Assembly: GCA_002269645.1 (NCBI GenBank)
Contig: NIVC01001414.1
Location: 124,001 to 188,000, forward strand
DNA: 64,000 nt
From: Macrostomum lignano
Lineage: Eukaryota
Direction: 5' to 3'
The stretch's first letter is position 1, and each line of letters opens with the position of its first letter. Made by a program: the position numbers and the translations under genes. The notes beneath the pieces were generated by a model. The model was not told the DNA's origin and did not search any database. It saw only the letters and a list, made by a program, of their open reading frames with translations. This document shows, piece by piece, positions 15,985 to 28,176 of this stretch.

Positions 15985-16505
15985 GATTATATGGCGCTAA
16001 AGAGAATGTTGTGCACAAGATATGGCGCTAAAGAGAATGTTGTGCACAAGAAATGGCGCCAAAGGAAATATCGGGTGCTAGAAATGGCGCCAAAGGAAAT
16101 ATAGGGTGCTAGAAATAGCGTAAAAGAAAATATGGAGCGCTAGAAATGGCGCCAAAGAAGACATATGGCGCTAGAAATGGCGCCAAAGGAAATATCGAGC
16201 ATTAGATATGGCGCCAAGGGAAATATCGGGTGCTAGGAATGGCGCCAAAGGAACTATCGAGTGGCGCCAAAAGAAATATAGGGTTCTAGAAATGGCGCCA
16301 TGGGGAATCATGGCGCTAGAAATGGCGCCAAGGTAAATATCGGGCGCTAGAAATGGCGCCAAAGGAAATATCGGGCGCTAGAAATGGCGCCAAAAGAAAT
16401 ATAGGGTTCTAGAAATGGCGCCAAAGGAAATATCGGGCGTTAGAAATGGCGCCAAAGGAAATATCGGGCGTTAGAAATGGCGCCAAAGGAAATATAAAGC
16501 GCCAG
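15985..16505. repeat. About 31-bp GGCGCC-core minisatellite (AGAAATGGCGCCAAAGGAAATATCGGGCGCT)n
   Basis: Direct tandem periodicity, starting about 120 bp into the TCF intron. Confidence 0.9.
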
Positions 16506-17059
16506 AGTTTGAAGGAGACGCAATTTCTATTCACTTTGACTGTGTCCTTTGAGCTCCGTTCCATATTAACTGAACTCAAGGTTTAGCTATAGTCTCTACT
16601 TACTCATTGGTCGAGTCTCAATTCACTCGGAAAGGGGTATCGGGTTGCATGCTTGCATAGCCAGCAAACAACTGCAGCAGCGGCGGCGACAGGCATCGGG
16701 GATCAACATCTCTATAGATCCCCGCCTCGTCTGAGACCCATCGACGAACGGAAACTCCTCGTCTTCTGGGATGTCGCCGCGGTTTTATCAGCTATCAGAG
16801 GGGTTGAGGGGTCATGCAGGAGTGGTCTGGCGGGGAACCGAGAGTGAGCTCAGATTTCATGGCCTTTATCTGCTAGACTATAGCCGCTAGTCTCTCTAAT
16901 CTGTGTGTCTTGACCAGTCTGTGAATTGAATCCTTTTTCGAATGCGTTCCCTTTGATTGATGCTGATATATTGTATAGAGTAGATCGATATCTGCTGTTG
17001 TATTGACAGAAAGAAATGTTTATCGATTTTAAGTTCCCATTTTATAGTAAAGTTTCCAA

Positions 17060-17900
17060 TGTTCCGCAGTTTAGATTCCTCAAAGACTCCAAAGGTTCCG
17101 CAGTTTAGATTCCTCAGAGACTCCAAAGGTTCCGCAGTTTAGATTCCTCAGAGACTCTAAAGGTTCCGCAGTTTAGATTCCTCAGAGACACCAAAGGTTC
17201 CGCAGTTTAGATTCCTCAGAGATACCAAAGGTTCCGCAGTTTAGATTCCTCAGAGATACCAAAGGTTCCGCAGTTTAGATTCCTCAGAGATACCAAAGGT
17301 TCCGCAGTTTAGATTCCTCAGAGATACCAAAGGTTCCGCAGTTTAGATTCCTCAGAGATACCAAAGGTTCCGCAGTTTAGATTCCTCAGAGATACCAAAG
17401 GTTCCGCAGTTTAGATTCCTCAGAGATACCAAAGGTTCCGCAGTTTAGATTCCTCAGAGATACCAAAGGTTCCGCAGTTTAGATTCCTCAGAGATACCAA
17501 AGGTTCCGCAGTTTAGATTCCTCAGAGATACCAAAGGTTCCGCAGTTTAGATTCCTCAGAAACTCCAAAGGTTCCGCAGTTTAGATTCCTCAGAGATGCC
17601 AAAGGTTCCGCAGTTTAGATTCCTCAGAGATGCCAAAGGTTCCGCAGTTTAGATTCCTCAGAGATGCCAAAGGTTCCGCAGTTTAGATTCCTCAGAGATG
17701 CCAAAGGTTCCGCAGTTTAGATTCCTCAGAGATGCCAAAGGTTCCGCAGTTTAGATTCCTCAGAGGCTCCGCAGTTTAGATTCCTCAGAGATACCAAAGG
17801 TTCCGCAGTTTAGATTCCTCAGAGACTCCAAAGGTTCCGCAGTTTAGATTCCTCAGAGACTCTAAAGGTTCCGCAGTTTAGATTCCTCAGAGATTCCAAA
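17060..17900. repeat. 34-bp minisatellite (CCAAAGGTTCCGCAGTTTAGATTCCTCAGAGATA)n
   Basis: About 24 units. Confidence 0.96.
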
Positions 17901-20574
17901 GCTCAGTGTAAAGCCAATACGTGCCCAAGCAGCGGTTCACTAAAAATGAAACAATTCGCAACAAAGGCGTAGAAAAACTGGGGTGCAAATCCATTTTTTC
18001 TCACGTTGTGAAATCGCCACAGGGTAGCGAAATAAATATAAAAAAACTGAGTAGTGTTCTCAGCTCATTCATATTTGTGGCGCCATCAAGTTTGCGAGAG
18101 TCTGTGCACGGTGAGAAGAAGCTCAGCACACCTGCCATGGGAAAAAGTCACTCCCTCGGGTTATTGTTAGCGTTGCTATTAGACTTATTTATTCTGACAT
18201 TCGTCCGACTGTGCTGTATTGGGGGGGGGGGGTTTCTACTTTCTCACCTGAATCCTTTGCCCATAAAAGAATTTCTCCCTGAACAAAAGTTTTTTTGCTT
18301 TCGTGTGTCACACTGGCGTCTTTGCATAATACGGTTTTAGTTTTCTTTTTTCTTGTGTAGGAATGCGAATCTATCCATTGTCTGTCAGAATCTTGCTATC
18401 CCAATCCTTTGTCCGCAGAGGTAAAAAAGTGGTTATTCGTTATGTTTGCTCATCCTTAATTTATATGTGCCCAGAGAAGCTGAACTGACTCCCGGCACCT
18501 CGCAGGCTCCTCCTCCTCCTAGACTCAACCTTTGTTCATGGCTCTGAGAATTATTAAATTAGCCTTATATAGCTATCTAGCGGCTATGAAGCATCTCAAT
18601 ATATTGAAATGGAATCGCCAACAACTTCAGCTCTGGAAATACGTGCTTGAAACTTGAACTCAACTTGAAAAGTGAAGTGAGAGCGAGAAATCACGGTTAA
18701 AGGAGTGTTTTGAGAGTCTTTAACTAATTGTGGCATCTTAATTCTACTTTCTATTTTACTCTATATAGAAAATTAGCTAGAGTATATATAGTGTCAGTTT
18801 AGAGCACGTGAGATGACTTGGAGCAGTTGTGTGAGCACACTGAGCGTGTGTGTGTGCCATGCCGTTTCATTTCAAGAAGCGAGACCGAGAGAAACGGTGG
18901 GCGGAGCAGTCAAGTGCCGCGGCAGCTCTTGAGTCCTGCCTCCGCCTGGCCTCTGTGTGTGTCTGTCTGTGTGTGCTGTGTGTGTGACTTCAATTTCAAA
19001 CGGAATTTAATTAACTGCATAACGCTGCTGCCCCGCCCCCCTCGGTGTGTGCTGTCTTGCGTCAAGTCAACTCAAATATTCACAAAGTGATCCGTGTGTC
19101 CGTGTGTGTGTGTCAGTTTCGCATAGGTTATCTTCATCAGTAAGAGAAGTTTCATTTTTTTCATTTTGGGTGTTTGTTCTGTCTGTGTGCCCGCAAGACT
19201 GACTCTTTAAGCTAGATGAAGACAGTGTCATTATACAACGAGTGTGCATAGTTCTCACCAAAATTTTCCCTAATAAACTATGTATATAATGATAGCATTG
19301 AAGTCACATACAGAGAGAGAGAAAGTGTGCTAGGGAGTCAGAGTGTCGATGATGCAGCAATCCATCCATGCTGTAGATCTGAGCGCATAGAGAGACCGAC
19401 CCCGTGGCTCTGTTCCGCATTAAACTGACTGCACTAAGGCTGCAATGCTCTCTCCTCACCCTCTCTCTCTCTGCTCGCTCTCGCACATTTGCAGAGGTTT
19501 TTTGACGGACGTAGCTTCTAAAGGGCCTTGAGCCTGTCAATCAAATGTGAAGAGACCACTTCAGTCTGTCTTTTCACTCCTTCCTCTGCCCCTCCCCCCA
19601 GCCCCCCCCCCCCGCGGCCTTTCTCCTCCACTGGGGTAGCTCTTCCCCATGGCTACCCCACCTAGCCTATAGCCTATTTTTGGTATTATAATACGCGCGG
19701 GAAGCCTTCACTCCTAACTGTATTCTTTTGGTTGCGGGGTTGCTGGTGTTAAAAGAAGTTATAAAGAAAAGAGAAGGCGGAGGGAGGATGTGACGGCTGC
19801 GGCGGCGGCGTCAGTGGCGGCTGTTTCAGTAAAGATTTTCCTTTAGATTTATTATTAATAATTTAGTGAAAAATGTGACGAGAAATTAGTAATAATCAAA
19901 TTCTAATGACTAGTAAATCGCGCCCGGCTCTGCAACCCCTTCATTTTTTAAGCTGAACAATTACTTATTAATTATTAAAAATTCAAAACCCATGCTGATT
20001 CAGAAGCGGATCAAGATTCTTAGCACACTGAAGTCAAACAGTTCGATTCTGTTGATTTATTTATTGACACGAAGGAGGAACTGATACATGCAGTCAGTGA
20101 TGGATTTATGAGCTGAGCTGCCGTTTTGGTCTGACAGCTTTTAGGCACGGGTTTTTGGGGGAAGATTTGTTAGAGCGAGTATCTGGTTACAGTCTTAATC
20201 CCCCCCCCTGCTTTCCGCTTGTCAGGCTCAGGGGAAAGAAGTGACGATTTTGCGGATCTGTTTTTTTGGCAACTCACTTTGCTACAGGATATTTAAGCAG
20301 TGATTTACTGGCATTTAGAGCGTGTCATCATCATCAGCTCTAGAGTTTTTCTTCTTCTGGAGCTTTTTGCTTCTCAATTTTCTGCAAAAAAACTATTTCA
20401 TTCCGTTAATCCTTTAATATCTGGTGCGTGCCGGGTGCTGTCACTCTATTATTGATAATCTGCAGCCTAGGGATGGGGTCAAATTTAATGGGGTGTGAGA
20501 AAGACACTTCTGAGCACTGAACTTCTCAACTCTTTTTGGCTCCTATTTTGGATGTCTCAAGATGGAGTTTTACT

Positions 20575-21315
20575 TGATTTGGCGCTCCTTCACAATACCC
20601 GATTCAGGCGCCCCTTCACAATACCCAATTTGGGCGCCCCTTCACGATACCCTATTTGGCGCCCCTTCACAATACCCGATTCAGGCGCCCCTTTACAATC
20701 CCCAATTTTGGGCGCCCCTTCACGATACCCGATTTGGCGCCCCTTCACAATACCCGATTCAGGCGCCCCTTTACAATCCCCAATTTTGGGCGCCCCTTCA
20801 CGATACCCGATTTGGCGCCCCTTTACAATCCCCAATTTGGGCGCCCCTTCACGATACCCGATTTGGGCGCCCCTTTACAATCTCCAATTTGGGCGCCCCT
20901 TCACGATACCCGATTTGGCGCCCCTTTACAATCCCCAATTTGGGCGCCCCTTCACGATACCCGATTTGGGCGCCCCTTTACAATCTCCAATTTGAGCGCC
21001 CCTTCACAATCCCCAATTTGGGCGCCCCTTCACAATCCCCAATTTGGGCGCCAATTCACAATCCCCAATTTGGGCGCCCCTTCACAATCCCCAATTTGGG
21101 CGCCCCTTCACAATCCCCAATTTGGGCGCCCCTTCACAATCCCCAATTTGGGCGCCCCTTCACAATCCCCAATTTGGGCGCTCCTTCACAATCCCCAATT
21201 TGGGCGCCCCTTCACAATCCCCAATTTGGGCGCCCCTTCACAATCCCCAATTTGGGCGCTCCTTCACAATCCCCAATTTGGGCGCCCCTTCACAAGTTAC
21301 CCGATTTGGGCGCCT
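20575..21315. repeat. About 26-bp GGCGCC-core minisatellite (TTTGGGCGCCCCTTCACAATCCCCAA)n
   Basis: Direct tandem periodicity. The overlapping ORFs are artefacts. Confidence 0.93.
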
Positions 21316-22149
21316 CCATAGGATAAAAGATTATAATCTGTTGCAAATCTTTCATATCTGAGTATTTTAATATATATAACTAATATATCTCTATACCTAA
21401 CACTATTGAATCCATAAAGTTGTTTTATAAATCAATCAATCGATCGATCGATCGATACTGCCTCCTGCTTCATCTCCGACTCTTCCTCCCTTCCCCCCCC
21501 CCCTACTTGCGTCTTTTTCTTGTATCGATAGGTGTTCCTTTTTTATTATATTATTATAACTGCTGTTCCTCACCTGCTTGCAGCCTTCCGTGTCTGCCTA
21601 GATTAACGCACCAGATTATCCTTCACACCCGTTCCTCCCATCCTTTCGATCCCATCTGCATCGCTTCGCTTCGCAGATTTTCCCCATGAAGCGAAAGAAA
21701 TTAATGACCCCAGCGGGGGGGGGGGGTCCCGAAAATCTGGTGTCGGCAACTGAGGGGTTTTTTCTTTACGATCTGTGTTTCTCTTCTCCTTTTTTCTGTC
21801 TTTTTCATATTGCTTGGACAAAAAAAGAGACTGGTTAAAACCTGCGTCGCTTCTGAGGCGTGACCAGGCCCTAGTCGATCGCTTAGCCAGCAGAATTGCC
21901 TTCTCCTAACCAGCTGACCCGTTTCCATGAAATTTCACTGCTGTTTTGTGTTTATCAGTTTTGTCTCCCCCATCCCTGTTTACAATTGATTCTTTCAATT
22001 CTGATTTCAATTCGTGTGTCAGTCAGTCTTAATCGAAGAGGATAAGTGCCAGACATTTGGCGGAATTGTTATATAATTAGGACGCTTTTTTGAAATAGTT
22101 GTTCGTGAAAAAATGTTTCAATATTCGCCATTCAAATGATTTCCATGGG

Positions 22150-22740
22150 AGAACCGCCGCTCTTAAAAAATCTCACCGTGAGAATCTCCACTCTTAAAAA
22201 ATCTCCCTGTGAGAATCGCCATTCTCAGGATAAACTCCCTGTGAGAATTGCCACTCTCAGTGAATCTCCCTGTGAGAATCGCCATTCTCAGGACAAACCC
22301 CCTGTGAGAATCGCCATTCTCAGGACAAACCCCCTGTGAGAATCGCCACTCTTAGAAAATCTCCCTGTGAGAATCGCCATTCTCGGGATAAACTCCCTGT
22401 GCGAATCGCCACTCTCAAGGAATCTCCCTGTGTGATTGTGAATCGCCACTCTCAAGGAATCTCCCTGTGCGAATCGCCACTCTCAAGGAATCTTCCTGTG
22501 AGAGTCGCTACTCTCAGAGAATCTCACCATTAGAATGGCTACTCTTGGGATAAACTCCCTGTGAGAGTCGCTACTCTCAGAGAATCTCACCATTAGAATG
22601 GCTACTCTTGGGATAAACTCCCAGTGAGAATCGCTGCTTCCAGATAATCTCATCATGAGAATCACCACTCCCAAAGAATTTCATGATGAGAATCAGAGAT
22701 CAGAGATCTCTATGAGAGAATCGCCATTCTCCAAATCTTT
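22150..22740. repeat. About 30-bp degenerate minisatellite with GAGAATCGCCATTCTC palindrome
   Basis: CCCTGTGAGAATCGCCA(C/T)TCTC units. Confidence 0.85.
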
Positions 22741-23849
22741 TTCTCTGGGTTGGGCTGATAAATCTTTTAGTAAATCTTTCTTTAGAGTCTTCTTCGGTAC
22801 TGAAGTAGGTCGTCATTCGATTGAGAATCGCTTTCTCAAGCCCTCACCTCTTATCAATCTTTAGTCAAGTCTGTCTGTACTTCCAATACTTATCCCGGAG
22901 GTTAAATAATGGGTTAGTTAGAAAAATAGAAATATTATATGGCTCACGCGAATGAATACCTCAAAGACTGCAGGAGACAACAGGGGAAGTGAATTGAAGG
23001 AGATTCGCCCTCCGATAGCTATATACTTCAAGATCTAGTTTTTTATGTGACTGACTTGGCTAGGCCTGGCTGAGAATGTGACGCTTGCGACAATAAAAGA
23101 CAATAAAAGAATCTCGCCTTGGCTCTCTACTGTTATTTGCTTTATTTGCGATCGTTAGAGAAGAAAATTGAAACCAATATCGATATCTCACCGAGGCTTC
23201 TTTTGTGTTTACTTTCTAAATTTTATTACTTTAGAAGAAAGAAAGAGGAAAATTCTGATTTTTTTAATTCGACTCAATTCTGAGACAGACTATACTCGAG
23301 TCCTGTCCGGACTCTTGTTTTTGACACTCTTTGTTCTCTCGAGATCTTTGTCCGCCGTAAGTTAAAAAAGTCTCCCAAGTCTGGTGTCTTCTGAGTGGTG
23401 CATGTGCCGTACCTGTGTGTCTCCTCAATTGAATTCGATGAGGTCAATTGGGTTTTTTATAATTATGGCCTGTGGAATGTCAATAAACCTTGAGTCGTTT
23501 GTTCTCAATCACGTTCCACGCTTTTATTCAAGTCAGCTTCCCTCCAGGACAAGAAATATTTCTGAGTTTTGAGTCCCTCGCGTAAAAATTCCCTACGCAT
23601 CAACGCATATTTTCAAGCAAGCCTCTCTACAAATGCGAAAAAAGCGATGGCTGTTGTGAATAAATTAGCATTAATACTGGGTACACCTGTTTAAGTACAC
23701 CTGTATTTCTAAATGCTGAAATGAGAGCCAAAATTAATTGAAGAACTAAAGAGGCGGATGGTGAACAGAAGCAAGAAGTGTGTATGTGTGGGTGGTGAGT
23801 GTTTGTATTAGCTCAAAGTTAATTTCATTTGCTGGATAGCTAGTTAATA

Positions 23850-24215
23850 GTACCAGGAAACCAGTACCAGGGTCGCCAGAACCAGGGGATGCCAGTACCA
23901 GGGGACGCCAGTATCAGTGGACACCAGTACCAGGGGAAGCCAGTACCAGGGGCGCCAGAACCAGGGGAAGCCAGTACCAGGGGACGCCAGAACCAGGGGG
24001 CGCCAGAACCAGGGGAAGCCAGTACCAGGGGACGCCAGTACCAGTACCAGGGGACGCCAGTACCAGTACCAGGGGACGCCAGAACCAGGGGGCGCCAGAA
24101 CCAGGGGAAGCCAGTACCAGGGGGGGGGGGCGCCAGTACCAGGGGGCGCCAGTACCAGGGGGCGCCAGTACCAGGGGCGCCAGTACCAGGGGCGCCAAGT
24201 ACCAGGGGCGCTAGC
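23850..24215. repeat. Short-unit minisatellite (CCAGTACCAGGGG/GGCGCC)
   Basis: Direct tandem periodicity. Confidence 0.85.
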
Positions 24216-24959
24216 GCCAAGGACGTCAAAGCAACAATGCAAAGTGGCACTTTTACAGCCGCTTAAAGGAGGGCCCGTCCCCCTCTCGACCCCTCGCCCT
24301 ACGACTACGACCTTGAGTGTAAAACGTAAAAAATAAAGAGCGCTAAGGTAAAAAGGTTAAGGTAACAAGTAATTTCACTATAAATTCGACAGCAGAAGTC
24401 GAAAGTCGACTGCTGAATATCGGAAAATATGACTGAAAATCAAATAATTCAGGGGGGGGAGTAGCTTGAACACAGAAGGACGTGGGGCAAGAAGTTGAAG
24501 GCGGCAGTCTTGCATGGATCGGCAACACAACTGGGGAGGGAAGCGCGAAAAAAAATTGGGAGGAGAAAGAAAGCGCCAAGAGGCTCAGCATACCGCAGCC
24601 GAGCTGTCCCTCTTGTCTGTTACGCGTGATTGACAGCTGGCAGTACAATAGGAGCCTTGGCCGTCTTAGCCCCTAACTGACGCGTTGATAATGAGAAGGC
24701 GGACCGGCCAAGAAGGGGGGGGGGGGCGGAGCTCTGAGCGACTGAGTTTCTTGGCTTCTGTTGGCCGCGCAGAGTTTGAGTAGCAAAAGCAGCTGAAGCT
24801 CTCGCATGGGTCTGAGAGGAGAGGCGGGGAGGAAAAGGCGCCAAATAAAAGCGGCCCAGCTATTGAGCTGCTCATTTTTATATTGAAACCTTGTTGAGAA
24901 CAAGTGGCGGCCGGCTCAGTGCAGAGGAGCTACTAGATTTTTTTGTTTGCAGCTGCGCG

Positions 24960-25865
24960 TTTGAGGCATTGGCGTTGGATTAGAATTGCTTGCGCGCTTA
25001 TTGAGAGGCATTGGCGTTGGATTAGAATTGCTTGCGCGCTTATTGAGAGGCATTGGCGTTGGATTAGAATTGCTTGCGCGCTTATTGAGAGGCATTGCCG
25101 TTGGATTAGAATTGCTTGCGCGCTTATTGAGAGGCATTGGCGTTGGATTGGAATTGCTTGCGCGCTTATTGGGGCATTGGCGTTGAATTTGAATTGCTTG
25201 CGCGCTTATTGAGAGGCATTGGCGTTGGATTGGAATTGCTTGCGCGCTTATTGGGGCATTGGCGTTGAATTTGAATTGCTTGCGCGCTTATTGAGAGGCA
25301 TTGACGTTGGATTGGAATTGCTTGCGCGCTTATTGAGAGGCATTGACGTTGGATTGTAATTACTTGCGCGCTTATTGAGAGCATTGGCGTTGGATTGGAA
25401 TTGCTTGCGCGCTTATTGAGAGGCATTGGCGTTGAATTGGAATTACTTGCGCGCTTATTGAGAGGCAATGGCGTTGGATTGGAATTAATTGCGCGCTTAT
25501 TGAGAGGCATTGACGTTGGATTGGAATTACTTGCGCGCTTATTGAGAGGCATTGGCGTTGGATTGGAGTTGCTTGCGCGCTTATTGAGAGGCATTGGCGT
25601 TGGATTGGAATTGCTTGCGCGCTTATTGGGGCATTGGCGTTGGATTGGAATTGCTAGCGCTTATTGGGGCATTGGCGTTGGATTGGAATTACTTGCGCGC
25701 TTATTGAGAGCATTGGCGTTGGATTGGAATTACTTGCGCGCTTATTGAGAGGCATTGCCGTTGGATTGGAATTGCTTGCGCGCTTATTGAGAGGCAATGG
25801 CGTTGGATTGGAATTGCTTGCGCGCTTATTGAGAGGCATTGGCGTTGGATTGGAATTGCTTGCGC
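24960..25865. repeat. 42-bp minisatellite (TTGAGAGGCATTGGCGTTGGATTGGAATTGCTTGCGCGCTTA)n
   Basis: About 21 units. Confidence 0.95.
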
Positions 25866-26504
25866 GTTTGTGTCGCTAACTATTCGTACTGCTAAAATTG
25901 TATCAGAATCACCTATGCTTGGCAGGTGTTATTAAGAGTTCAGGACGTGTAAGAAAAGCCGCAGTCCAATGCAAGCTTCTGTGAGCCTCCCCGTATGCTC
26001 GATGGCGCCACTGAGTGATTCAATAAGCAGGAAATTTCGTGGGCTGGCAACAACTAATAAATTCTGCCGGGAAATTTCAAGTCGTCTGTCCGTCCGTAGC
26101 TTCGGCTTTTAAAAGAGACGGGGGAGCTAGTGAGAGAGAGAGAGCGAGAGACGGTGTGCGGGCAGTTTTTCCAAACTTGGCCACTTGGCCGATGTCGGGC
26201 GGACGCTGGGAGGCGGGTCTCCCCGCTGACTGACAGCCAACTCGCTTTCGGCTTTCGGCGGGAAAAGGAGGCCGGTTGCGTGACTCGGCCGCTCTCGCTT
26301 CTCTATTCTGTTAGGCTGAGAGCACCTGTGTAGACTGCGTTTGATTGACTGGGATGGGAGCTGAGTGTTGGACTGCTGTGAGGGCGCCTCGGCACCTTGG
26401 GGGAGCCCCGCTGCGTCCTTCCTGGGTCCGTCCGGCTTCTCCAATATTAGCGACTTCTCACTGACTGTTCCAGTAGAGATAGATGACTTCGCTACTCAGC
26501 TGTC

Positions 26505-26990
26505 CTGTGTCTGTCTAAGGTCTGATGGGACACCTGAGCATTCAGGTGCTCAGCTGTTATTTGTGTCTGTCTAAGGTCTGATGGGACACCTGAGCATTCA
26601 GGTGCTCAGCTGTTATTTGTGTCTGTCTAAGGTCTGATGGGACACCTGAGCATTCAGGTGCTCAGCTGTTCTTTGTGTCTGTCTAAGGTCTGATGGGACA
26701 CCTGAGCATTCAGGTGCTCAGCTGTTATTTGTGTCTGTCTAAGGTCTGATGGGACACCTGAGCATTCAGGTGCTCAGCTGTTATTTGTGTCTGTCTAAGG
26801 TCTGATGGGACACCTGAGCATTCAGGTGCTCAGCTGTTATTTGTGTCTGTCTAAGGTCTGATGGGACACCTCAGTATTCAGGTCCTCAGGTCCTCAGCTG
26901 TTCTTTGTGTCTGTCTAAGGTCTGATGGGACACCTTAGAAGCATTCAGGTCCTCAGGTAGTCAGCTATTTTTCGTGTCTAAGGTTTGATG
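26505..26990. repeat. 56-bp minisatellite with overlapping palindromes and three E-boxes per unit
   Basis: Unit GTGTCTGTCTAAGGTCTGATGGGACACCTGAGCATTCAGGTGCTCAGCTGTTATTT, about 8 copies. Confidence 0.93.
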
Positions 26991-27839
26991 GTGCTATCTA
27001 AAAAGACAAAAGTGACTGAGGTTCAGTTTGATTATAATTAGAAATATAAAAAAATAGATTGCATGCGTGCCAACCCCGCTGTGCTTCGCTCTTGGCGTAT
27101 TGGTGCTCCACCCATAGTTTTCGCTTTGCAACTCCATTGATTTCTTTCACCTGTTATCGATGAGCGAATCTTTAAGTCAGTTTTATATTTTATAAAATGC
27201 GTGTTGATTTTTCCATCCATCCAGCCTCTTTGTGCTGCTTTGTCTCTCAATGCTATTTACCTGGTGCCAAGATGAACGTGGGAACGGCGACGGTCTGCGA
27301 TCTAGATAGACAGATCCCCGCCAGATTGATAGCCCATCGATTTCGATGCACTGGGTGCATTGCGTGTCAGCCTACAGGCTGGGTTGAACAACAAGTGCGC
27401 TCGAGTCTCCTGAGGTGTTGCTAACAGGCTGGTGGGGATGGGGGTGCTCGAGCACGCACAGGGTTTTATTAGAGCGCGAGGCGGACCATAATTGAGTCGC
27501 TCCACGTGTGCGGATATTTGAAAACATTTAGCTTTAAATACTGTCTAATAGAAGGTCTACTATTCAGGGTGAGCACAATGGATCAGTTGATAGAAGTATT
27601 GATTGATTATTACCCTGTTGTTGCTGGGATGCTTTTTAAGCGACTAAATGATGGCTTTGAGTCGGTCTGCAACTTAGAATTGAGCATATGAGAGTGCGCT
27701 TTCTCCACACCCTAATTGCCTTGGGTTCAATATGGTTAACGTGAAGTGTTTTTTAATAAGCTGGAATTTGGGCCCAACGAGAAAGGCGTTTATTTGCTCT
27801 GCGTTCTGGGAGTGTCTAGGGATCTGGGAGGGTGTCTCA

Positions 27840-28135
27840 GTCTGAGTAGCTGGGAGGCTGACCCAGCAGCTCAGGTTATGGGAGGCTGGCCCAGCAACTG
27901 AGGATCTGGGAGGCTGGCCCAGCAACTGAGGATCTGGGAGGCTGACCCAGCAGCTCAGGTTATGGGAGGCTGGCCCAGCAACTGAGGATCTGGGAGGCTG
28001 GCCCAGCAACTGAGGATCTGGAAGGCTGGCCCAGCTACTGAGGATCTGGGAGGCTGGTGGCCCAGCAACTGGGGATCTGGGAGGCTGGCCCAGCTACTGA
28101 GGATCTGGGAGGCTGACCCAGCCACTGAGGATTCC
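27840..28135. repeat. About 28-bp minisatellite (GGCCCAGCAACTGAGGATCTGGGAGGCT)n
   Basis: Ends about 40 bp before the HMG-exon acceptor region. Confidence 0.9.
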
Positions 28136-28176
28136 TGACTAAACTGAACCCCAACCCTCCCAATTCCGCACCGCAG

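Noticed and set aside
16653-16847. Gln/Ala-rich short ORF as the missing TCF exon
   Set aside because: No convincing acceptor/donor pair giving phase 0 in and phase 1 out was found.
17060-17900. Regular 29-42 bp arrays as possible CRISPR arrays
   Set aside because: Units are contiguous with no unique spacers, there are no cas genes, and the DNA is eukaryotic.
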